DNA of 64,000 bases from the human T2T-CHM13v2.0 reference genome, Homo sapiens. Position 1 is the first letter of the stretch; each line of letters starts with the position of its first letter. The stretch lies in NCBI RefSeq assembly GCF_009914755.1, contig NC_060940.1; one strand, given 5' to 3'. The notes beneath the pieces were generated by a model. The model did no database searches. It worked only from the letters and a program-made list of their open reading frames with translations, and was not told the DNA's origin. Shown here in pieces: positions 32,091 through 51,799 of the stretch. Made by a program: the position numbers and the translations under genes.

Positions 32091-33891
32091 CACCCACATT
32101 TACTTGGTTCTTTTCCAAAATTTATGATTTGTTCTTGAAACTATTATGTGTGTGTTTTGTGTCCTTCTATTCAAACATTATTAGTACCAGAGTTGTATTT
32201 AATATTCTAGTAGACTCATGCCAGACACTTTCTGGGGGATTCTTCAAGTTTTTGGTTTCAAATACCATTGTATTCAGTTAGCTGTATAATTAGGAATTTT
32301 TATACCCAGCTTCTTTCCTGAGCTCCATATCCAGACTTCTTATTTTCTACCCATTTTGGCCAAATTTCCCATGAGCACCATAAGGTACATAAAATTTCAA
32401 ACAAAATTATCATCTTCAATGAACCTTCTTGTCCTTGACTTCTATTTAATGGAAGAATCCTTCTGGGGCACCCAGATTTTTTTCTAAAATATTCCTCACA
32501 TTTGTGCCATGATAGGTTATCAAAACAACTTCAAAGCAACCTCATTATCTCAATATTACATTCATTCTTTCAACAAGTTTTTAAACAAATACTATGTGTT
32601 TGAAACTGTGCTGGGCTACACAGGCAACTCAATTGCCCACTAGAAAGGTGACCAGCTCTACTTAAAGTAAAGCAAAGCAAACAAACAAGCAAATTTGAAA
32701 TTGAAAATTTGGATTTTCAATAATGTAATACCCACACAGTCCTGCATCCAACAAAAGATTACCATTACCAAACATGACAAAAATCAGGAAAATGTGATCC
32801 TTGACTAAAAGAAATATCAGTCTATATATATGCAAACGGAATAAACACTTCAACAAAAAGCAGAAAGTCGTAAAACACAATTATAGGCTGAGTACAATTG
32901 ATGTACTTTAAGTATAAATTCAAACAAAGCTTTTAAAAAGAGATGACTCATGAAAGAATGCTACTGCTTTAAGTAGTAACAATGGATTAATGGGTTGCTT
33001 GCCTGGAGGTGTTGGAAAATACAGCTGTGTGGGTTGGAAATGACAGAAAGCAGAATTTGGGGCTTGGAATGGCAAAACAGTAGGAAATATATGGAGGAAT
33101 TTAGGGAAGTAAGTTATACCTAGTAGGACCTAGAGCTAAAATCTAATAATAAACTCTACCCAAATCACTAGCTGACTGCTCAACTACGCATAAGACAAAC
33201 AGAAAACAAATATTAAAATGACAGACAACGCATGAGAAAGGAGATGTGTCTTTGAAGGTAGAAATACTCACGAGACTTGCTCATTGCTGGTCTTTTTGAC
33301 TAAAAGTTGTTCTCCAACTTTCACATAGTTCGGGCTGAGCATACTTTCTGTGAAAATATTTGGCTGACTATTAAACTATGCATGTAAAGTGAGAGTCCTA
33401 GAGGGCCAAGCTAAAAAGTAACAGCTGTAATAAAAATGATTTTTAGAAAACTAAAATTGATTCAAGAAATCAGTGGCTGCATTTATGGGGAAGACAGATC
33501 TCACAGTTTGAATCCACGCAAGTTAATTGCCAATAGCAATAAAATAATAATGATAATCGTAATAAAAACACCAATAACAATTATGCAAAGAAGAAAACAG
33601 AATCCAAAGTTATTCCAATATTTCTGGTCAAGAAAATTACTAGATATGCAAAGAAATAGGAAAATGTGACCCATACTCAGGAAAAATATCAATCAATTAA
33701 AACTGATTCTGGGTGGGCCATAATTTTGTATTTAGCAGACAAAGACTTTAAAGCAGCTATTACAAATATAGGCAAGGAATTAAAGAAAATATGTTCAAAC
33801 AATTAAAGAACAGCATGTTAACAGTCAATGACCAGAAAAGGATATTTCAACAGATAAATGCAAACCATAAAAATGAGTTGTTAGGAATTTT

Positions 33892-34193
33892 TATTTTATT
33901 TTATTTTATTTTTAGATGGAGTCTTGCTCTGTCACCCAGGTTGGAGTGCAGTGGCCCAATCTTGGCTCACTGCAAGCTCCATCTCCTGGGTTCACACCAT
34001 TCTCCTGCCTCAGCCTCCTGAGTAGCTGGGATTACAGGCATCTGCCACCATGCCCAGCTAATTTTTTGTATTTTTAGTAGAGATGGGGTTTCACTGTGTT
34101 AGCCAGGATGGTCTCAATCTCCTGACCTCGTGATCCGCTTGCCTCAGCCTCCCAAAGTGCTGGCATTACAGGCATGAGCCACCGCGCCCGGCC
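33892..34193 (-). mobile_element. AluY-like SINE
   Basis: Y diagnostics 'gcaagctcc', 'ttcacaccattctcc', 'gttagccaggatgg'; TSD ttgttaggaatttt at 33878-33891 and 34196-34209. Confidence 0.95.
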
Positions 34194-35449
34194 AATTGTT
34201 AGGAATTTTAAAGGTGAAGATTGTAATAACTAAAATAAAAAATTCTCTAGAGGGGCATAGTAGAATTTTGGGGTGTCAGAGGAAAGAATCAGTGAATCTC
34301 AGTACATGTGATAGAAATTAGAGTTCTTTTATAAGGGGGGACAGGGAGACAAAGAGAGATTGAAGAAAAGTTATCAGAGCCATTGGTATCTATCCAACAA
34401 GATCAAGTATGCTAGCACAAGTGTCATTGAACTTCCGAAAGAAAAAAAGAGAGAGAGAAAATGGCAAAAAAAAAAACCAAAAAAAAAAAACAAAAAAAAA
34501 ACATTAACTCACAGATCTGAGATGCACAATAAACCCTAAAATACACAAACACAGAGGATACCACATTAGACCTGGAACAAACTGCTGAAAGCCAAAAATA
34601 AAGAGGAAATCCTGAAAAAGCAAGAGAAAAACGACAAATTACCTTCAGGTGAAGAATAAATGATTGATGACTGACTTCTCAAATAAAACAGCAAAGAATT
34701 AAAAGTAATTGAAATAAAATATTCAAAGTGCTTTAAAAAGAAAACCAAAGAAATGAAAATTGTAAACCAAGAATTCTATACATAACAAAACTATGTCTCA
34801 AGAAAGAAAAGAAAGGCATTTTCAGATTGTTAGCACAAAGTTAATAACTAGATTAACTTTAAGGTTAATTCTATATCGATAGGTTTACATATATATATAT
34901 ATACATCATATAGATTAAAAACAATAACACAAAGCAGGAAGAAATTGAATTATACCAATGTAAGGCTCTTCTATTTCACCATAAGTAATTCAGCATGACC
35001 TTTAAGTAGACTGTGATAATTAAAAATGCTTGTTAAAATCTATAGAGCAATGACTAAAAATAATGTGACGGAATAAAGATAAAATGTGAAATAAGTGATG
35101 AAAATACTTTGTTAAAAATGCTTGTTTTACATGAAGAAGGGAGAAAATTGGCAAAAGAAGTACAAAAAAAAGGCAAACAGAAAACAAAGAGTAAAATGAC
35201 AGACAAGTCAAAATATATCAATAGTTATGTTAAATGTAAACAGATTAAACATTAGAATCAAATGGCATAAGTTGCAAGAGTCAACTTTAAAAAGTAAGAT
35301 ACAACTGACAGATTCCAACAAGAGATGCACTTTAAATTCAAATGTGTAATTAGTTGTGATAAAATGATGAAAAGTGATATACTGTGTAAACGGTATGCAT
35401 ACAAGAGCTGGACTTACTATAATATAATAATATCAGATAAAATGAACTT

Positions 35450-35577
35450 TAGGAGAAGGAGTTTACTAAAGCCCTAGAGGGATATGTCATAATGATAAAA
35501 GGGGCAAGCCAGTAGGAGAAGGAGTTTACTAAAGCCCTAGAGGGATATGTCATAATGATAAAAGGGGCAAGCCAGTA
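35450..35577. repeat. Perfect 63-bp tandem duplication
   Basis: 35450-35512 identical to 35513-35575, plus 2-bp 'ta' overlap. Confidence 0.95.
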
Positions 35578-35765
35578 TGAGTAATAATTACAAATATATA
35601 TTCATATAATAGGAGGGCCACAAAATACATGAAGCAAAAACTTATGAAATTAAAAGGGGAAATAGACAAATCAACACTGATAGTTGAAGGTATTAATACT
35701 CTTTTCTCAATATTTGAGAGAACAAATATACAGATAATCAGTAAGCGTAAAATATGAGAAAAACA

Positions 35766-36204
<439 letters not shown>

Positions 36205-37467
36205 TTAGACAATTTTCTGGACCACAAAGCTAGACTCAATAAAATTTTAAAAATTCAAATCATTCATGGTATATTTTCCAAACACTACAAATTAAATTAT
36301 AAATCAATTACAGAAATAGATCTTGGAAATCTTTAAATTTCAGAAATTAAACAATACACTTCTAATAATATTCCTTAGACATAAAAAGAAAGCAAAAGGG
36401 AAATTAGAAAATATAAATGAATTTAAAATAAAAATACCAGAAGATGGCTGAATATGAACAGCTCCAGTCTGCAGCTCCCAGTGTGATCAATGCAGAAGAC
36501 AGGTGATTTCTGCATTTCCAACTGAGGTACCTGGCTCATCTCACTGGGACTGGTTGGACAGTGGGTGCAGCCCATGGAGGGCAAGCTGAAGCAGGGTGGG
36601 ATGTCGCCTCAACTGGGAAGTGCAAAGTGTCGGGGGATTTCCCTTTCATAGCCAAGGCAAGCCAAGACAGACTGTACCAGAAAAAACGGGACACTTCTGC
36701 CCAAATACTGTGCTTTTCCCGTAGTCTTAGCAATGAGCAGACCAGGAGATTCTCTCCTGTGCCTGGCTCTGTGGGTCCCATGCCCATGGAGCCTTGCTCA
36801 CTGCTAGCGCAGCAGTCTGAGATCGACCTGCGAAGCTGCAGCCCAGCAGGGGGAAGGGTCGTCTGCCATTGCTGAGGCTTGAGTAGGTAAACAAAGTGGC
36901 CAGGAAGCTTGAACTGGGCGGAGCCAACTGCAGCTCAGCAAGGCCTACTGCCTCTATAGTTCCACCTCTGTGAGCAGGGCATAGGTGAACAAAAGGCAGC
37001 AGAAACATCTGCAGACTTAAACGTCCCTGTCTGACAGCTCTGAAGAGAGCAGTGGTTCTCCCAGCATGGCATCTGAGCTCTAAGAACGGACAGACTACCT
37101 CCTCAAGTGGGTCCCTGACCCCTGTGTAGCCTAACTGGGACACACCTCTCAGCAGGGGCTGAAAGACACCTCATATAAGTGGGTGCCCCTCTGGGACGAA
37201 GCTTCCAGAGGAAGTATCAGGCAGCAATATTTGCTGTCCTGCGATATTTACTGTTCTGCAGCCTCCGCTGGTGATACCCAGGCAAACAGGGTCTGGAGTG
37301 GACCTCCAGCAAACTCCATCAGACCTGCAGCTGGGGGACCTGACTGTTAGAAGGAAAACTAACAAACAGAAAGGAATAGCATCAACATCAACAAAAAGAA
37401 CAACCACACCAAAACCCCATCTGTAGGTCACCAACATCAAAGACCAAATGTAGATTAAACCACAAAG

Positions 37468-38491
37468 ATGGGGAGAAACCAGAGCAGAAAAGCTGAAAAT
37501 TCTAAAAACCAGAGCACCTCTTCTCCTGCAAAGTATTGCAGCTCCTCGCCAGCAACGGAACAAAGCTGAATGGAGAATGACTTTGACAAGTTGACGGAAG
37601 TAGGCTTCAGAAGGCCAGTAATAACAAACTTCTCCAAGATAAAGGATTATGTTCTAATCCATCACAAGAAGCTAAAAACTTTGAAAAAAGGTTAGATGAA
37701 TGGCTAAATAGAATACACAGTGTAGAGAAGACTTTAAATGACTTGATGGAGCTGAAAACCACAGAACGAGAACTTCATAACACATGCATAGCTTCAATAG
37801 CTGATTCCCTCAAGTGGAAGAAAGGATATCAGTGATTGAAAATCAAATTAATGAAATAAAGAGAGAAGACAAGTTTAGAGAAAAAAGAGTAAAAAGAAAT
37901 GAACAAAGCCTCCAAGAAATATGGGACTATGTGAAAAGACCAAATCTACGTTTGATTGGTGTACCTGAAAGTGACTGGGAGAACGGAACCAAGTTGGAAA
38001 ACACTCTTCAGGATATTATCCAGGTGAACTTCCCCAACCTAGCAAGGCAGGCCAACATTCAAATTCAGGAAATACAGAGAACACCACAAAGATAATCCTC
38101 GAGAAGAGCAACCCCAACACACATAATTGTCAGATTCACCAAGGTTGAAATGAAGGAAAAAGAATTAAGGGTAGGCAGAGAGAAAGGTCAGGTTACCCAC
38201 AAAGGGAAGCCCATCAGACTAACAGTGGATCTCTTGGCAGAAACCCTACAAACCAGAAGAGAGTGGGGGCCAATATTCAACATTCTTAAAGGAAAGAATT
38301 TTCAACCCGGAATTTCATATCCAGCCAAACTAAGCTTCATAAGTGCGGTAGAAATAAAATCCTTCACATAGAAGCAAATGCTGAGACATTTTGTCACCAC
38401 CAGGTCTGCCTTACAAGAGCTCCTGAAGGAAGCACTAAACATGGAAAGGAACAACCAGTACCAGCCACTGCAAAAACATGCCAAATGGTAA
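37468..38491 (+). pseudogene. L1 ORF1p, disrupted by stops and frameshifts
   Basis: ATG 'atggggagaaaccag'; fragments 37814..38095 (EQSLQEIWDYVKRPNLRLIGVPE) and 38150..38371. Confidence 0.92.
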
Positions 38492-38554
38492 AGACCATCT
38501 ATTCTATGAAGAAACTGCATCAATTAATGGGAAAAATAACCAGCTAACATCATA

Positions 38555-42371
<3,817 letters not shown>

Positions 42372-42604
42372 ACAATGAAAACACTTGGACACAGGGTGGG
42401 GAACATCACACACTGGGGCCTGTCAGGGGGTGGGGGGCTTGGGGAGAGATAGCATTAGGAGAAATACCTAATGTAAATGATGAGTTGATGGGTACAGCAA
42501 ACCAGCATAGCACATGTATACCTGTGTAACAAACCTGCACATTGTGCACATGTACCTTAGAACTTAAAGTATAATAAAGATAAAATAAAATATAATATAA
42601 TACC

Positions 42605-43775
42605 AAAATATATTAGACGAAACCAAAGCAGTGCATAAAAGGAAATGTATAGCATTAAATTCTTATATTAGAAAAAGAATAAAGATGTAAAACCAGACAT
42701 CTAAGTTGCACCCAAAGAAAATTAAATTAAACCCAAAGTTAGTTAAGAAATTTTTCATTAATGAAAAAGAAAAAACAAACAGAAAAGCAGTAGAAAAAAT
42801 TGGTGATACAGAAGCTGGTTCTTTGAATAGGTTGACAAAGTTGATAAATCACTAGCCAGCTTAATTTAAAAAAATAAGAGAAGAAGCAATTTAACGGTAT
42901 TAGGAATGGAAAAGGATATAACTATAGTTCCTACAGACTTTACAGAAAAATAAGGAAATAGATGAGCTACTTTGTGTCAATATCTTGAAAATCTAGATGA
43001 AATGGGCCAATACTTTGAAAGTCATAGATTTCAAAAAGTGAAATTAACACCATAAATGGCAACTACACACACACTTAAATGGCTAAAAATTTACAAAGCT
43101 GACAATATCAAGTTTTAGCATGGATGTGGAACAGCTGCGACAATGACACTACCGGTGGGGATATACAATGTTACAACCACTTTGAGGAAACTGGTAGTTG
43201 TTCTGTGAAGCTAAGCATCCATTTACTATGTTGTCCTGCAATTGTACTCCTAGATATTTATCAAAAAAAAAAAGTAAAACACATGTCCACACAAAGACTT
43301 ATAAACAAATGTTCACAGACGTTTTATTCATAACAGCCCAAAAGTAAAAACAAAATTTCATTACCAAGTGCCGGCATTAAAAATTTGTGGCATACAACGG
43401 ATACTTCTTGGAAATAAAAAGGAACAAATATCTTATACGTGATGTGGATGAATCTCAAAACACACACTAAAAAAAGAGCCAGAACCAGATACAAAATAAT
43501 ACATACTATTTGATTCCATCCATATGAGGCTGGAGGAAACAATTATAATTCCTAGCGACCAAAAGCAACTTAGTGGTTAGCGAGAGTTGATGTAAAATTA
43601 ATGGAGAAATGGCACAAGCAAACTTTTTATGGGGACAAAAATGTCCAAATTTTATTGTAGTTGTTATTGTTTCAGAGATGATGTTTGCCCAAAGCCATCC
43701 ATCTGTGCATTTAAAATGCATGCATTTTATTGTATATAAATTATTCCTCAATAAAGCTGATTTTTAAAATAAATA
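42605..43775 (+). mobile_element. Continuation of the old L1M host plus an L1ME-type 3' end
   Basis: 'aaagcagtgcataaaaggaaatgtatagcattaaat' follows on from the pre-insertion ORF2 sequence; 3' end 'ttattcctcaataaagctgattttt'. Confidence 0.75.
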
Positions 43776-44339
43776 ACATTTTCCTAATGAATGAGATTTA
43801 GCATCCTTTCTATTTTTTAAAACTTTTTGAAATTTCTCTACTGTGGGCTCTCTATGTATGTTTTGCCTATTTTTTCCTACGAGAACGTAGAGCTTTTTTC
43901 TTATCCATATATAGGAGTGCTTGATATATTTAGAACTTTTTTTCTGTTATCTGCTGTATTTTTGTTGTTATTTTCTAGACTTGTCATTAATCTTTTCACT
44001 CAATATAGTGGTTTTTAAAACATTTTAGATTATGACATGCTTCTGATTCAAATAGTCAATGGCTGCTCTTTGCCCACAGATTAAACTTGGAAAACAGTAC
44101 GTCATAACAGTTATGAGTGTAAGCTTTGGTATAAGAAGCACCTGACTTCAAAGCCCAATCTCTCCACTTTCCTGTACTCTCTCTTTTGGAAAGTTATTTG
44201 ACTTCTCTAAGCCTCCACTTTATTACTTGTTTATTCAGAATAATATCATTGGAATTATTTTGAAATAATGTTGATCGGTCTAAAAGAAACTTTCATGTTT
44301 GAATGTCATTGTTAAATATTAACAATGTTATGTAGTTTA

Positions 44340-44465
44340 ATCATATATATGTGCATCTGTGTTCAAATCATATATATATGTGTATGTGCATATATATGGG
44401 AATGTGTATATATATATATACACATATATATACATACACCCACACAAGTATATATATTATATAAT
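44340..44465. repeat. (TA)/(CA)-rich low-complexity repeat
   Basis: Read directly. Confidence 0.85.
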
Positions 44466-44599
44466 GATGGCACACAATACTAGGAATATTATAACTTTTT
44501 TTAAGTGGTAACTTTGTTATTTATAAAAACCTGCTACTGATGTTGTCAGTTAAGACCCTCCATGATCTGAATAAATTTATCTTTTAAATCAGTATTTTC

Positions 44600-44894
44600 A
44601 GCCAGGCATAGTGCTTAATGCCTGTAGTCCCAGTACTTTGGGAGGCTGAGGCAGAAGGATTACTTGAGGCCAGGAGTTTGAGACCAGCCTGGGCAACATA
44701 ATGAGACCCCATATTTACAACAATACTATAAGAACTAGCTGGGTGTGGTGCCACCCACCTGTAGACCCAACTATTCTTGAGGCTGAGTTGGGAGGATCAC
44801 CTGAGCTGAGAGTTTCTGGCTGCTATGAGCTATGATCTCAGCCATGCACTCCAGCCTGGATGACAGAGTCAGATCATGTCTCATTAAAAAAAAA
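44600..44894 (+). mobile_element. AluJ SINE
   Basis: J diagnostics 'cttgaggccaggagtttgagaccagcctgggcaacata' and 'gagctatgatc'; TSD aaatcagtatttt at 44586-44598 and 44895-44907. Confidence 0.95.
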
Positions 44895-45584
44895 AAATCA
44901 GTATTTTTACTACTTCACACATCCCAGTTTTGGTCACCATATATTGCATCTGCTTTCTATCTCTGTATCTTTGTGTATACCTTCTTATGCATAATGCCCA
45001 TCTTTACTTCTCTGCAGTCCCAAATTGCTTGACATCCTTCACAGCCCAGCTCAGATGCTACCTTCTCCAAAAACTACCCTGATATGAGTATCTTCCCATT
45101 TGTAGTCTCATAACATTTATTTCTTTCTTCTTACAAATTCTTTCTTTCACTGTAGTACATTCTGCATATCTATCGCTTTCTTTTTGATGCAATCATCAAT
45201 TTTCTAGATACAGAGACTGTGTGTTGCTCTTTTCTGTTGTTTTTGAAATGCTCAGTAAATATTTTCTGTGTTTATTTGTGTTCCATTGCGTTAAGTCAAG
45301 TTTATTTATTCATTCAACAAATACATATTTGAGATCTGGTGTGAATCAAATGGCGAAATAAGACACCATTCGTATTATATGTACAAATCATAATAAATGT
45401 TATGAAGGCAAAAAAAGAAAAACTAATGTAAGGGAGTTTAGTAGGCAGCCAGTAAGATGGGCTTCGATGATTCTCACCTCCTGACATGCATGAAATTGTG
45501 GCAAAACACTTCTAACAAATAAAATTTGGCAGAAGAGATGGGACATCTCTTTTGAGACTAGGTTATAAAAAGATGGCATCATCT

Positions 45585-46620
<1,036 letters not shown>

Positions 46621-46639
46621 TTTGCACTTTCTATCTTGA

Positions 46640-47285
46640 GTAAAGAAAAGGGAACACTCACAAACTATTGGTGGAAATGTCAATTAGTTTACCCCCTATG
46701 GAAAGGAGTTTAGTAATTTCTCAAAGAACCAAAAACAGAACTGCTATTTGACCCAGAAATCCAGTTACTGGGTGTATACCCAAAGGAATATAAATTGTTC
46801 AACCAAAAAGACACATGCACACATATGTTCATCACAGCAATATTCACAGTAGCAAAGACACAGAATCAACCTAGATGCTCATCAACAGTGGAGTCGATAA
46901 TGTGGTACATGTATACCATGGAATACTACACAGCCATCAAAAAGAGAAGGATCATGTTCTTTGCAGCAACTTGGATGCAACTGGAGGCCATTATCCTAAT
47001 CAAATTAATGCAAAAACAGAAAACCAAATACCACATGTTCTCACTTATAAGCGGGAACTAAACATTGGGTACACATGGACGTAAGGATAGGAAAAATAGA
47101 CTCTGGAACTCCAAAATGGGGGAGGGAGGGAGGGAGGGAAGAGGCAAGTGTTGAAAAACTATTCATTGGGTATTATGCTTACTATTTGGGTGATGGGTTC
47201 CATAGAAGCCTAAACTTCAATATCATGAAATGTGTACCTATGTAACTAACCTGCACGTATACCTTCTGAATGTAAAATTCAATAA
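46640..47285 (+). mobile_element. L1PB3/4-like 3' fragment
   Basis: ORF 46795..47061 matches the ORF2 C-terminus; L1PB-type 3'UTR. Confidence 0.85.
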
Positions 47286-47623
47286 TCAAATAGATAAGAA
47301 ACAAATCAGAATGAGGATAGATTTCTGAAAAGGATTTTTTGTTCACCTTCTAAGGTTTGGTAATTTGTAATGCAGCAATAGGTGGTTAATACAAAACATC
47401 AACATATTTTAAAGATGGTAGTTACAAAAAGCTTCTTGGAAGAAAGTGACATTTCAACGGAACCCTGAATGATAAGAAGAATATTCTCTGGGAAGAATAT
47501 TCCAACCAGTGGTGATATCTGAAAGAAAGGTTACTTGAAAGCAGAAGCAAGGCCAGAGTCTGTGGGTGTGGGATCAAGGGTGAGGGCAGCATGCTGGGAG
47601 GTTTTCGCATCGGTCAAAGTCAG

Positions 47624-47993
47624 AGAAACTGTGGTATATCTGTATGATGGAATACTACTCAGCCACAAAAAGGAATGAATTAACAGCATTTTCAGTGACC
47701 TAGATGGGACTGGATAATATTATTCTAAGTGAAGTAACTCAGGAATGGAAACCTAAACATCATATGTCCTCACCGATCTGTGGGAGCTAAGCTATGACGC
47801 AAAAGCATAAGAGGGATATAATGAACTTTGGGGACTTGGGGGGAAGGGTGGGGAGTGGCGAGAGATAAAAGACTACAAATAGGGTGCAGTGTATATTGCT
47901 CGGGTAATGGGTGCACCAAAATCTCACAAATCACCCCTAAAGAACTTACTCATGTAACCAAATACCTCCTGTACCCAATAACCTATGGAAAAA

Positions 47994-48033
<40 letters not shown>

Positions 48034-48045
48034 AATAGCAAAAAA
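47624..48045 (+). mobile_element. L1PB1-like 3' end with (AATA)n tail
   Basis: 'gaagtaactcaggaatggaaacc', 'caccaaaatctcacaaatcacc'; flanked by gtcaga repeats. Confidence 0.88.
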
Positions 48046-48169
48046 AGGGTCAGATCCCTCCAAGAGCTTCCAGGCTATCATCCTAAAAGTTTGGACCTTA
48101 TTAAATGTTCACCCATAAGCCATCACATGATTTATTATAAGTGAATAATGAATAATGTAGAATTTAAGG

Positions 48170-48494
48170 TTTCTTTTGTTTTGTTTTGTTCTGTTTGTTT
48201 GTTTGTTTGTTTGAGACAGAGTCTTGCTCTGTTGCCCAGGCTGGAATGCAGTGGCTGAATCTTGGCTCACCACTACCCCTGCCCCCAGGGTTCCAGAGGT
48301 TCCCCTGCCTCCGCCTGCCGAGTAGCTGGGATTACAGGCACCTGCCACCATGCCTGGCTAATTTTTGTATTTTTAGTAGAGACAGGGTTTTGCCATGTTA
48401 GCCAGGCTGGTCTTAAATGCCTGACCTCAGGTGATCCACCTGCCTCGGCCTCCCAAAGTGCTGGGATTACAGCCATGAGCCACCGTGCCCAGCC
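48170..48494 (-). mobile_element. AluS SINE
   Basis: Full dimer; TSD agaatttaag at 48159-48168 and 48495-48504. Confidence 0.95.
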
Positions 48495-49389
48495 AGAATT
48501 TAAGAGCTTTTTCCTGGAAAATGGTTGTGAGTGGGCCAGATTAAAAACAGGGTGAACCATCGGCGGAGTACTACACTGGCTTAGGCAAAAGATATCATGG
48601 CGTGGGCCAAGATCATTTGTGTAAGAAGGAAAGAAAATAAGTTTTAAATTTATTTTGTAGGTAGAATCCATAACCATCAAGCATATTTATTGGCCATTGA
48701 GTTGAACTGAATTCAAAATAATTGAAGTTTTTAATGTAGTGGCTAAAACTCAACAAAAGGCTGATAGCTCGGACTTCAGAATTTTGTCCTTGAGTTTTCA
48801 ATGTAGGGAAGAAGAAGTAAAAACCAGGAACAGTGGGTAGAGCCTCATCAACTGATATTTGTCAACTGATCTTAAGCAGTGAAATTTCATGCTTTCCTTC
48901 CTACTTTTTGTTGATCTGAGCTTTCCCGTCAATTCTTCTTCTCTGTTTGTCGCATGTCCTTAATTCCTAGACACTTGTAATCTTCATTTCCTAATCTCAA
49001 AAAAAGAATCTAATTAGATGTAACTTCACAGCCTAGATACTTGTAGTATCTAGACACCATGTAGTCTTTACTAACCTGTGCCTACTAAGGTGAAACTGAA
49101 AATATTTAATAACCAATATGGCATGGGCATAAAAGAATGATAAAAACTGGTGTGGCTGCTCAACTAGTGTGCAATGAAAAATCAGCCTTAATTCTCATAT
49201 TGACCAATTGATAAAAAATCTCTTTCTCTAACCAGAATCTTTTTTTTCATCTACCAAAATTTGCTCAAATATCTCTTCCATATACCCTTCTTTGACCTCT
49301 AGGTTCTTCATAACTACTGGAACAAACTCTTGCATTAGGTATTACTTTGTATCTACATTATCTGTGTACATGACCATGGACCAAAGTCT

Positions 49390-50013
49390 TTCCCACAGAT
49401 TTCCAGTACCTAAGCCCAGTGTAAATAGGCCTCCATGATACCGATCTCAATCTCTCTCTCCAGTCTCCACCTTTACAATGTTTATCCACACACCAGAACC
49501 TCCTTTCCATCCTCATCAACTTGATGGGTTCTTCTCAATCTAGCCACCTGAGCTGACAATCTATTCACCTTTATGCCTCTATATCTGTTTCTTTCACAGA
49601 AGGTTTTCTTTGCCAACCTGACCTCCATATTCAACTTCTACTCATCCTTAAAAGCCCGACTCCAATGTTAAGCTCTGGGAAGACTTTTTTGATTACTACC
49701 TCTAACAAAGTCACTAGCCTCTTCAGCTTATATTCAACTTTTTCTTGAGCATAACTGTACTCATTTTATATACAATTTTGTGCACACACACACACAGAAA
49801 ACACATATATACATGTGTGTATGTATGTGTGTGTATATATATATATATTTTTTCTGTTGTGTGGTTATAAAATAGTTATCAACATATGTATTTGTCTCCC
49901 ACACTACAGTGCTACAGTGTGAGCCTCCAAAGGAAGAAATTATGACTAATATCTTTATCCTCCATACATCAATAGTTACCTAAAGCAGTGTTTGTTGAAT
50001 GAATGAATGAATG
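49390..50013 (+). mobile_element. L2 LINE 3' region with an internal (CA)/(TA) repeat
   Basis: Ends in the L2 tail 'gtttgttgaatgaatgaatgaatg'. Confidence 0.7.
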
Positions 50014-51049
50014 GAAGGAGGAAAGAAGAGGGAGGAGAAGAGAAGGAGGGAGGCAGCATTTAAAGGAGAGACATGGGAAAACTTGGAACAAAAGTTATGT
50101 TTCTGCAGTTGTTGCCTGCATGAGAGTTTCCTAAGAAAATCTTTGTGTCCATGTCTACGTGGCTATCAAGGCTTTCCTCTAGCATCCTGTTGTGATTGGC
50201 TGCACCATTTCATCCCAACCTTTAGCTGAAGCGCAGGTCAGGACTGACTGTGGCCTGGACCTGCAGGACAGATGAGTGGGCTCCTCAGCACATCAGACTG
50301 AATGTCTTAGGAGAAAAAGGGCTCGTTAGGGAGTATAGAGGAATATCCAGGTGGCTCAGTGCTATTCCTCCTCCTCCACATATTGTGTCATTTCCTAGGA
50401 GTGGTACTGGCATGGGGACTGGAGGAAGAAGAGGGATCTCTTTTCAGCACCAGAGGTAGTGATGTTCTTGCCCTGCCTGTCCTATCTAGAGAACTAGGTC
50501 AAGAAAAGACCCTCCTTTGAAAGAAAATGAGAGGTTTGCACAAGCACTGAAATCCTCTTAGAAGTTAGGAGCTGCTAAGTCACCATGTGAGCATGGGAGG
50601 TGCTTCTGACAAAGAAAACAATATCTGCATCTATATTTGGGGCAGTGATTGCAAGATAAAGCAATGAAGGTACCAAAATGACCTGTGATTGACTCTGGGG
50701 AAAAGAGAGCAGTTGGTGGTGGTGGGGTGGGCAGTGGACTGCTCCTTTGAAACAGACATCTGCAATAAAAAAGGAACTCTATTTTTTCACCAAAATAGGC
50801 TGCTACCTGTCCTGCCACAATTTTGTGAAAAATCCAGAGCAAATCTCTACTCCAGTGGGAAATCAGGTGATGTACACTCAGTTTTTGTTTTTATATTTTG
50901 TCAAATATTTCAGATTTTGTTTCAGAAAAATTCTAATGTCAGTAGGTTTTTAGATCACAGGCATATAGGATGGCCTGGAATTGGGCATTGAAGTGTATCC
51001 CAAGCTGCTGAGTGTTCTAGACGTTTCTCAAAAATTGCTGTATGTTCCC

Positions 51050-51107
51050 ATTAGTGACATTAAACATTTTTTTCATATACCTGTTGGCCAATTATGTCTT
51101 CTTTTGA
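51050..51107 (-). mobile_element. Isolated 58-bp internal L1 ORF2 fragment
   Basis: Aligns to 53851-53909 ('aacatttt..tcatatacctgttggcca..tatgtcttcttttga'). Confidence 0.8.
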
Positions 51108-51260
51108 CCATTTGCCAATGTTTTCATGTCCAAAGAGTCAACAAGCCAGAGAACATTTAAATTTGTGCTTATCTTGCATAAATAACTACCATATGCCAGA
51201 CACAATACTAGGTCTTTTATGCACTATGTATTTCAATTTACATTTTCAGTCACCCTATGA

Positions 51261-51799
<539 letters not shown>

